13,033 nt of DNA from a bacterium (GTDB taxonomy: Bacteria; RBG-13-61-14; DATKZS01): contig JAWOBU010000058.1 in assembly GCA_046484135.1 (NCBI GenBank), forward strand, positions 1 through 13,033. Reading direction: 5' to 3'. The notes under the pieces were generated by a model, which searched no databases, was not told the origin of the DNA, and was given only the letters and a program-made list of their open reading frames with translations. Positions 1 to 6,511 of this stretch are shown piece by piece (positions within the stretch are counted from its first letter, which is position 1; each line of letters begins with the position of its first letter). Position numbers and translations under genes: made by a program.

Positions 1-1
1 C

Positions 2-178
2 ATTTCCGACACCGAGCTGTGGAAGATACTTTCGTCTCTTCCCGCCTTTGTCAAAAAGTACGAGTACCCGGACACTATTATTCATCACGTGGAAATGGGC
101 GAGGAAAGGATAAACCGGGTCATGACCGGCATCCGCGAGCCGTTTTTAAAAAGCTCGCTCCAGACCCGGAACGATTAA
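2..178 (+). CDS. 3' end of a CDS truncated by the window edge, product unidentified
   Basis: Open frame from base 2 to TAA 176-178 (ISDTELWKILSSLPAFVKKYEYPDTIIHHVEMGEERINRVMTGIREPFLKSSLQTRND*), ending 30 nt before the co-directional ATPase. Translated by hand; not in the ORF track. Confidence 0.6.
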   Translation: MSDTELWKILSSLPAFVKKYEYPDTIIHHVEMGEERINRVMTGIREPFLKSSLQTRND

Positions 179-208
179 TCGAGAATAAAGCGGAAAACGG
201 AGCGGAGG

Positions 209-1933
209 ATGTTAAGCCGGGACAAGCTCATAAGCGAGCTCAAGAGGATTGACGGCAAGGGCTACAAGGCCTACAAGGACATTAAGGGAAGTTACCGCCT
301 GGACGACTTTGTTCTTCACGTGGACCATGTGCAGGGAGACCCGTTTGCGTCGCCCTCCCGCATGTGCGTGGAGATTGACCGGAGCGCCGCGGAGCTGGGT
401 GCGGAGCTCGACTCCACTGCGCCGGGCCGGCTGGCGCTCGAGGACTACCTGGGCCGGGCCTTTGACCGGGCATTGCGCAAGATGAAAAAGTCGCGCTCGG
501 GCGACCGCGGCATGGGCAAGAGCGGCATCATCGAGATAGACGCGGGCGGGCAGGAGATACTGAAGCGGTCCGCGGTGGTGGTTTCGGACCAGACCATCGA
601 GGTTCGTTTTGTTCTGGGTCTGCCGGCGCGGGGCCGGACTGTTCTGGGCAGGCAGGCCATCGAGATGCTGACTTCTGAGGTCCCGGAGATCGTGAACGGG
701 TCGCTACGGAAAAGGTCCCTGGATTTAAAGTCGCTCAAGGAGCACATCCGGGTTTGCGAGGACTGGACCTCGCTTCGGGACGCGCTGGATGAAAAAAGGC
801 TGGTGGCTTTCGTGGCCAACGGGTCGGTGCTGCCCCGCCGGTCGGGTGTTGATCCGAGGCCGCTTTCGGAAGGACCGGTGATCGAGTTCCAAAGCCCGCC
901 GGAACTCGAAGTCGAGCTTCCGCTGGCGGACGGCAGCACGGTAGCGGGCATGGGTGTTCCCGAAGGCGTGACCCTGGTGGTGGGCGGCGGCTTTCACGGC
1001 AAGAGCACGCTTCTGGACGCGGTGGCTTACGGGGTCTACCCCCACGTTCCGGGCGACGGCAGGGAACGGGTCGCGTCGCGTTTCAGCACCACCAAGGTCC
1101 GGTCGGAAGACGGCCGGCGGGTCACCTCGGTGGACATCTCTCCTTTTATTGACAACCTTCCTTTCGGCAAGGACACCACCGCTTTTTCCTCGGACAACGC
1201 TTCCGGCTCGACCAGCCAGGCGGCTTCGATCATGGAGGCTTTGGAACTCGAGGCCTCCGCCCTCCTGGTGGACGAGGACACCTCCGCGACCAACTTTATG
1301 ATCCGGGACAAAAGGATGCAGGAGCTGGTGAAAAAGTCCAAGGAGCCGATCACGCCTTTTATTGACCGGGTGGCGGAAATCTACCGTACCTACGGCTGCT
1401 CGACCGTGCTGGTGGTGGGAGGCTCGGGCGATTACTTTGACGTGGCTGATACGGTCATCCAGATGGAGGAGTACCGGCCCCACGAGGTTACCGGCCGGGC
1501 AAAGGAGACAGGGGAGAAGTTTCCCACCGGGCGTTCGGAGGAACGGGCCCGGGAGATGGGCGGGATCACTCCCCGCCGGCCGAAGCCTGAGTCCTTTGAT
1601 CCCAGCCGGGGCAAGCGCGACGTGAAGATCGGGGCCAAGGGCATGAAGGAGATACACTTCGGGACCACTGTGCTCGAGATATCCGCGCTGGAGCAGATGG
1701 TGAACATCAGCCAGACCCGGGCCATAGGCGAGCTCATCCACCTGTACTCGACCCGGTACCTTAATAAACACCAGGGCCTTTGCGAGGGCGTAGAGGCCAT
1801 GATGAAGGACGTACAAGAAAAAGGCATGGACATCATCACCCCGGCCCGCATCGGCAACCTCGCACTTCCCCGCCCCCTCGATGTCGCCGCAGCCATTAAC
1901 CGGATGCGGACCTTGACAATTTTCCGGGAATAG
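209..1933 (+). CDS. Soluble ABC-class ATPase domain protein (predicted ATPase of the ABC class, COG3044/PF09818-like; MRB1590-related)
   Basis: 574 aa. Walker A GGGFHGKST, degenerate signature ASGSTSQAA, Walker B LLVDED, family motifs DGKGYKAYK, HVQGDPFASPS, GLPARGR and TSATNFMIRD. No TM segments. GGAG at 199-202. Confidence 0.9.
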   Translation: MLSRDKLISELKRIDGKGYKAYKDIKGSYRLDDFVLHVDHVQGDPFASPSRMCVEIDRSAAELGAELDSTAPGRLALEDYLGRAFDRALRKMKKSRSGDRGMGKSGIIEIDAGGQEILKRSAVVVSDQTIEVRFVLGLPARGRTVLGRQAIEMLTSEVPEIVNGSLRKRSLDLKSLKEHIRVCEDWTSLRDALDEKRLVAFVANGSVLPRRSGVDPRPLSEGPVIEFQSPPELEVELPLADGSTVAGMGVPEGVTLVVGGGFHGKSTLLDAVAYGVYPHVPGDGRERVASRFSTTKVRSEDGRRVTSVDISPFIDNLPFGKDTTAFSSDNASGSTSQAASIMEALELEASALLVDEDTSATNFMIRDKRMQELVKKSKEPITPFIDRVAEIYRTYGCSTVLVVGGSGDYFDVADTVIQMEEYRPHEVTGRAKETGEKFPTGRSEERAREMGGITPRRPKPESFDPSRGKRDVKIGAKGMKEIHFGTTVLEISALEQMVNISQTRAIGELIHLYSTRYLNKHQGLCEGVEAMMKDVQEKGMDIITPARIGNLALPRPLDVAAAINRMRTLTIFRE

Positions 1934-1944
1934 TTCAGACTTTA

Positions 1945-1972
1945 TTTACAAATCCTTCAATTTATTTATAAC
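1945..1972 (+). promoter_or_regulatory. Putative sigma70 promoter for the methyltransferase
   Basis: TTTACA (1945-1950), 16 nt spacer, TATAAC (1967-1972) in an AT-rich intergenic region; SD AAGGAGG at 1989-1995. Confidence 0.5.
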
Positions 1973-2005
1973 AATTTAAAGGAAGATAAAGGAGGATATT
2001 TTAAC

Positions 2006-3571
2006 ATGAAAGAAAACAGAGGCGGCACCGAGGTCCTGACATTATCGGAAGCCGCAAGATATATAAGGGTCAGTGAAAAGACTTTGGGAGAGATGGCTCG
2101 CCAAAACCGGATACCCTGTCAGAAGGCGGGCAGAGAATGGAGATTTCTAAAGAAGGCGCTGGAAGATTGGCTTCACTCGAGCCCGGACAATGGGAAGAAC
2201 GAGCACAATATAGAACAAAGGTCCCGAAAGATTTCAGCACGCGATTATAAACAGGGAGAGCTTTTTGAAGACACCGGCTTCAAGGACACCGCTTTTTATA
2301 AAAACGTCTCTTCCCCTTTGCATCGGTGGGTGCCATGGATAGCCGGTTTTTCTTCCTCTTTTGTGGAAGGAGTTCTTGAATCGGTTGTGGGCAATGGGAA
2401 AAAGATCACTTTGCTGGACCCCTTCGCGGGTGTAGGAACTACTCTGGTTGAAGGCATGAAAAACGGTCATAACGTAGTGGGGTTCGAGATAAATCCCTAT
2501 GCTTATCTGGCATGCCGGGTCAAGCTCAATGCAGCTGATCTCCGTGTAAAAGATTTGAACCAAGAGATCGTCTCCTTTAAAAGATTCATGGACAAAAAAT
2601 CTTCCGGCAACGCATCTCCCCGCAGCGAGATACCTGCAAAATTCAAAACCCGTTCCCGATTTTTCAGCCCTTCAGTGGAAAGAAAGGTACTTTTCGTTCT
2701 GGATTATATCGCCAGCATGGATGCCCTCCATCTAAAGGACCTTTTTCGAGTGGCCCTCGGCGCGGTAATGGTGGGGTTTTCCAACTACTCCTATGAGCCC
2801 AGTTTAGGAAGACGTGTCAGCGCCGGCAAAGAGGAAATCCGCGATGCAGACGTTGCCGGGATCATGATAAACAAGCTTGAACAAATGAAGGAAGACATCT
2901 TATATTTGCAGGAACATTTTTCTTCGAGAAAAGCGAATCCGGAGGTATCCTTATACAAGGAGAACTTTTTAAAGTCCGCGGACAAGCTTGATAAGAGAAG
3001 TATAGATTGCCTTATTACTTCTCCGCCCTACCTCAATAACTACCATTACATCCGGAACACCCGGCCTCAATTGTACTGGCTTGGCCTAGCGGAGAGCTCG
3101 GACGATCTGAAAAGCCTCGAACATGACAGCTTCGGCAAATTCTGGCAGACAGTAAGGTCATCTCCTGAAATCGAACTCAAGGTAAAAAGCGCTCCTCTGG
3201 AGTCGGCTCTTGAGAAAATAAGAGAGCAAAACCAGGACCGAGGCGTTTACGGAGGGCCGGGCTGGGCCAATTATGCAGCGACTTACTTTAACGATTGTGC
3301 AGATTTTTTCCAAAGCATAAGCAGGCTGATGAAAAAGAAAGGCACCGCGGTTATAGTCGTGGGCAACAACATCCTCCAGGGGATCGAGATAAAATCGGAT
3401 GAAATAATGGCGGACATCTCCAAAAGCTACGGGTTTGAGACGGCCAGGTTCCATCGCGTCAGAACCAAACGTACCGGGACAAGCATTATCAACTCCTCGG
3501 TGAGAGCAGGCGTAAGCAAGAAGAAAACAGAGCTCTATGAAACAGCATTGGAGCTTGTATTTAAGGGCTAG
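2006..3571 (+). CDS. DNA amino-methyltransferase, alpha class (probably N4-cytosine), with N-terminal excisionase/MerR-like HTH (HTH_17)
   Basis: N-terminus LTLSEAARYIRVSEKTLGEMARQNRIPCQKAGREWRF is a typical HTH_17. Motif I LLDPFAGVGTT and GFEINP precede motif IV ITSPPY by ~200 aa (alpha order). HRW..IAGFS segment as in m4C alpha MTases. Strong SD. Confidence 0.88.
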   Translation: MKENRGGTEVLTLSEAARYIRVSEKTLGEMARQNRIPCQKAGREWRFLKKALEDWLHSSPDNGKNEHNIEQRSRKISARDYKQGELFEDTGFKDTAFYKNVSSPLHRWVPWIAGFSSSFVEGVLESVVGNGKKITLLDPFAGVGTTLVEGMKNGHNVVGFEINPYAYLACRVKLNAADLRVKDLNQEIVSFKRFMDKKSSGNASPRSEIPAKFKTRSRFFSPSVERKVLFVLDYIASMDALHLKDLFRVALGAVMVGFSNYSYEPSLGRRVSAGKEEIRDADVAGIMINKLEQMKEDILYLQEHFSSRKANPEVSLYKENFLKSADKLDKRSIDCLITSPPYLNNYHYIRNTRPQLYWLGLAESSDDLKSLEHDSFGKFWQTVRSSPEIELKVKSAPLESALEKIREQNQDRGVYGGPGWANYAATYFNDCADFFQSISRLMKKKGTAVIVVGNNILQGIEIKSDEIMADISKSYGFETARFHRVRTKRTGTSIINSSVRAGVSKKKTELYETALELVFKG

Positions 3572-3572
3572 T

Positions 3573-4160
3573 TTATTTCGAGCTTAAAAAGTCCTCTACT
3601 GTCTTTAAAAGCTCGTCCTGGTTCTCTTCTTCACGCAATTCAAGCGCCCAGGGACGGCCAGGATGCACGATGTCCCATTTGGGCTTTTTCATTCCCTTTC
3701 TGCCTTTGCCGGGGTCGTGATTTCCAAATCCTTCCAGTACCATATTCCATAACGGCTTGAAGTGATTTACCAGGAATTGCTCGGCGAGGTTTATCCACAC
3801 CGGCAGCACAACCAGATACCGACAATAGAAAGATTCAATAGTGATGTTTTCCGCCTGCTCGATAGACCTAACATGCTGTTGAAGTCTGTTAAAAAGCTCG
3901 TTGCCATGGAGGGGCAACACTTCTTTTCTGCCCTTCCTTCCCCCCGTGGGGATCGCTTTCCCGACATATATAGGAGTCTTAAAAGATGATCCTGATATCA
4001 GCGAATAAGCTTTGAAATCGCCGTTATAATAAAGCGCGTAGACTCCACTCCCTTCAAAAGAGCTGATTGAAGAAAGAGGTTCAGGCTCTCTTTCCAGCAA
4101 GGCGTTGACAACGCTTCTTGCCAGGTTGTCATAGTCCAACGGGTCGTATACTTCGTTCAT
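3573..4160 (-). CDS. Eco29kI-family GIY-YIG Type II restriction endonuclease
   Basis: 195 aa with GVYALYY...PIYVGKA (GIY-YIG), RLQQH, AEQFL, PLWN, GFGNHDPGKGR and WDIVHPGRPWA. The catalytic Y/R/H/E/N positions of the Eco29kI/Cfr42I family appear intact. Confidence 0.92.
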   Translation of the reverse strand: MNEVYDPLDYDNLARSVVNALLEREPEPLSSISSFEGSGVYALYYNGDFKAYSLISGSSFKTPIYVGKAIPTGGRKGRKEVLPLHGNELFNRLQQHVRSIEQAENITIESFYCRYLVVLPVWINLAEQFLVNHFKPLWNMVLEGFGNHDPGKGRKGMKKPKWDIVHPGRPWALELREEENQDELLKTVEDFLSSK

Positions 4161-4225
4161 GTCGCAAAAACTTTCCTTTAGTTCTGGATTTTCTTACAAC
4201 ATTAAAAAGGAAAGACCCGCCGGCG

Positions 4226-5404
4226 TCAAGTAAGTTTTTCGCCTTCATGCTCGCCGGTCGGGACCAGGTTTTTGTCTTTTTGGTTCCTTATCAGCCTTTC
4301 AAATGCCTGTCCCGCCACGTAGGTTACTTGCTGGAGGGGCGAGAACTTTCCGGTGATTTTCTGGTCGTGGCCCATGTCTCCGTAAAGGAGGGCGGCGACC
4401 TTGCCGGCGATAAAGACGGGGAGTATGAGCACGGAGCGAGGCGCCTGTTCACCAAGCGCGGCAATGAACCGGTTGTTGATCGAGGTCTCGGGCACGGGCC
4501 CCAGGAAGTAGGCCCCGGTTTCGAGGACGGTCTTGAACATGCTTCTCCTGGAGAGAGGCAGCATGAGCGCCAGCGCGGTCCGCTGGTCTATATCGCTTCC
4601 GCGTGCGTCCAGTCCCATGAGCATGTCCTGGTTTACGACAAAGACCATGGTGCGCTCGAAGATGAGGCTTGCGAATTCCACTACTATCTTTGCGATCTCG
4701 TCCCTTGTTTGCGCGTTCTGGAGCTCTTTTATCACAGTGGGAAGATGGTAGTCCGGGTAGGCTGTCCTTCCCACCCGGTCCCAGAACTCGTCCAGGCTCT
4801 GGGGGATTCCTTCCATGGCGGTGATGTCCTGGGGATCGGGAAAGATGCCCTCCGGCGGCGGAGGAGCCGCTTTCTTCTTTTTCTTTTCTGGTTGGCGGCG
4901 CATCTCGTCCTGCAATGAGAGCCACTGGTCGAGGTTTATGAGCCTGGCTTCTCTTTTTATCCCGTAATACTTTTCCAAGGCCCAGGCTATATCAATCTCG
5001 AGCGCCACCTTTGGCTCGACCTTCAAGGAAGAGACCTCGGTGATAGCCTGGATCGAGCTTTCCCGCTGCGGATCGAGCATGGCGACCTCGAGGGTGTCCC
5101 CCTGCCGGCGAAGCGGTATGAGCTTGTGCTTTATCGCGGTCTCCGCCGACACCAGGGAGGCGACATCCTGGGAGATGTCCTGGAAATCCTCCCTTCTCAC
5201 CGAGCCGGTCTCGTACTTTTCTTCCAGGACCTCGCGTAAACCTTCCTTGGTGATAAAGCCGAGCTCGAGGAGGTTAATGCCCAGGCGACCGCCGAAGAGT
5301 ATCTGGCACTGGACCGTCTGGTCAAGCTGGTCCGACGATATCTGTCCTCTTTTAATCAGAATGTCGCCCAGGCGGTCCTCCGGTTTGATCTCCATCTTTA
5401 CCAT
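4226..5404 (-). CDS. MshEN / T2SSE N-terminal domain protein with C-terminal GAF-like domain, no ATPase
   Basis: Tandem MshEN motifs RLGDILIKRGQISSDQLDQTVQCQ and RLGINLLELGFIT, then AIKHKLIPL...LEVAMLDP (GspE/PilB N-domain), a K/P-rich linker, and a GAF-like C-terminus (SVLILPVFIAGKVAALLYGD). No Walker A. The start could also be the ATG at 5395. Confidence 0.8.
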   Translation of the reverse strand: MVKMEIKPEDRLGDILIKRGQISSDQLDQTVQCQILFGGRLGINLLELGFITKEGLREVLEEKYETGSVRREDFQDISQDVASLVSAETAIKHKLIPLRRQGDTLEVAMLDPQRESSIQAITEVSSLKVEPKVALEIDIAWALEKYYGIKREARLINLDQWLSLQDEMRRQPEKKKKKAAPPPPEGIFPDPQDITAMEGIPQSLDEFWDRVGRTAYPDYHLPTVIKELQNAQTRDEIAKIVVEFASLIFERTMVFVVNQDMLMGLDARGSDIDQRTALALMLPLSRRSMFKTVLETGAYFLGPVPETSINNRFIAALGEQAPRSVLILPVFIAGKVAALLYGDMGHDQKITGKFSPLQQVTYVAGQAFERLIRNQKDKNLVPTGEHEGEKLT

Positions 5405-5412
5405 TTGCCAAA

Positions 5413-5441
5413 AGATTAGAACACGGAGAGGGCAAGATCAA
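5413..5441 (-). promoter_or_regulatory. Putative sigma70 promoter for the MshEN gene
   Basis: Minus strand TTGATC (5441-5436), 17 nt spacer, TAATCT (5418-5413), ending 8 nt before the ATG at 5404. Confidence 0.4.
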
Positions 5442-5468
5442 CTATGGCCCTGTTCGTTCGCTCCAACG

Positions 5469-6497
5469 TCAACTATTCCCCTCCATTTTCTTTTCCAGCT
5501 CCCGGACCCTTTTAAAGAGCTCCGGCAGTTGTTTAAGCCGCAGGTAGACCCGCTTGGCCCGCGAGAAGGGGATGGCGGGAAGACCCCACACGGTTTCGCC
5601 CGCCTTTATGTCGTCGGACACCGCGGAGTGTCCCACCACGTTGACCCGATCGCCCAAGGTGATGTTGTCCTTTATTACGCAGCCGCCGCTGATGACGCAT
5701 CCGTCTCCTATGGCCGTGCTTCCGCCCACCGCGGTGCCGGCCAGGATGATGCAGCTCTTTCCAACCCTTACGTTGTGCGCCACGTGGACCATGTTGTCGA
5801 ACTTGGTCCCCGCTCCGATCACCGTATTGTCGAGCATGGCCCGGTCCACCGTGCAGTTGGCCCCCATCTCTACGTCGTCCTCCACCACCACCGAGCCGAC
5901 CTGCGGCTTCTTGATGTGCCCCTTCTCAGAGAGGATGAAGCCGAACCCGTCCGAACCAATGATGGTCCCGGCGTGAAGAATGACGCGGTCCCCGATCCTG
6001 ACTCCCGGATAGAGGACCGCCTGCGGATGAATATAACAGTCGGCTCCAACCCGACAACCGGCGCCGATCACCGCGCCCGCGGCCACCGTCGTCCCGTCTC
6101 CCACCCGGGCGTTCTCCCCGATATAAACATGCGCTCCCACGTGGACCCGCTCGCCCAGCGAAACGCCTTCCATGATCGCCGCCGATTCGTGCACGCCCGG
6201 CCCAGGTCGCGGCTCGGGCCGGAACTTCTCCATGACCTTTACGAAGGCGGCGTAAGGGTCGTAAGAGACCAGTATTTGCACACACTCGACGGGCAGTTTT
6301 TCGGACACGATCAGCGCACCCGCCTTGGATTTCAGGGCGGCCTCCTTCATACGGGGGCTTCCCAGAAAGCCGATTTCATCCGGTCCTGCGCCCTCGAGAG
6401 AGGCCACGCCGGAGATCGTCTTTTTCGGGTCGCCGAGTACTTCTCCTCCGACCAGGTCGGCTATCTCGCGCACGGTCATGTTGACGGGCTGAGACAT
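5469..6497 (-). CDS. lpxD: UDP-3-O-(3-hydroxyacyl)glucosamine N-acyltransferase
   Basis: True start is the ATG at 6497 (MSQPVNMTVREIA) after SD AAGGAG; 342 aa. LpxD N-domain (ISGVASLEGAGPDEIGFL, DPYAAF), hexapeptide repeats, IGSDGFGF, PQVGSVVVEDDVEMGANCTVDRA and catalytic His in DNMVHVAHN. Confidence 0.95.
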   Translation of the reverse strand: MSQPVNMTVREIADLVGGEVLGDPKKTISGVASLEGAGPDEIGFLGSPRMKEAALKSKAGALIVSEKLPVECVQILVSYDPYAAFVKVMEKFRPEPRPGPGVHESAAIMEGVSLGERVHVGAHVYIGENARVGDGTTVAAGAVIGAGCRVGADCYIHPQAVLYPGVRIGDRVILHAGTIIGSDGFGFILSEKGHIKKPQVGSVVVEDDVEMGANCTVDRAMLDNTVIGAGTKFDNMVHVAHNVRVGKSCIILAGTAVGGSTAIGDGCVISGGCVIKDNITLGDRVNVVGHSAVSDDIKAGETVWGLPAIPFSRAKRVYLRLKQLPELFKRVRELEKKMEGNS

Positions 6498-6511
6498 GCT
6501 TTTTCTCCTTT

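Larger units (their letters stand above)
1931..4214. other. Horizontally acquired Type II R-M cassette (convergent M and R genes)
   Basis: Lower GC than the flanks (hand-counted sample lines: 2521-2580 = 25/60 GC, 961-1020 = 41/60). Stop codons are 1 nt apart. Similar AT-rich sequences lie at both ends. No integrase or transposase in the window. Confidence 0.7.

Noticed and set aside
19..252. 77-aa ORF in the track
   Set aside because: Overlaps the ATPase start; the frame ending at 178 looks more protein-like and is better spaced.
725..1816. 363-aa minus-strand ORF and other short ORFs within the ATPase gene
   Set aside because: Antisense or alternate-frame artefacts of a well-supported gene.
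1913..1918. Perfect TTGACA at the end of the ATPase gene as the MTase -35
   Set aside because: No convincing -10 at 16-18 nt spacing.
2033..2180. Excisionase-like HTH as evidence of a prophage or ICE
   Set aside because: It is fused in frame to the MTase, and there are no integrase, phage or transfer genes in the window.
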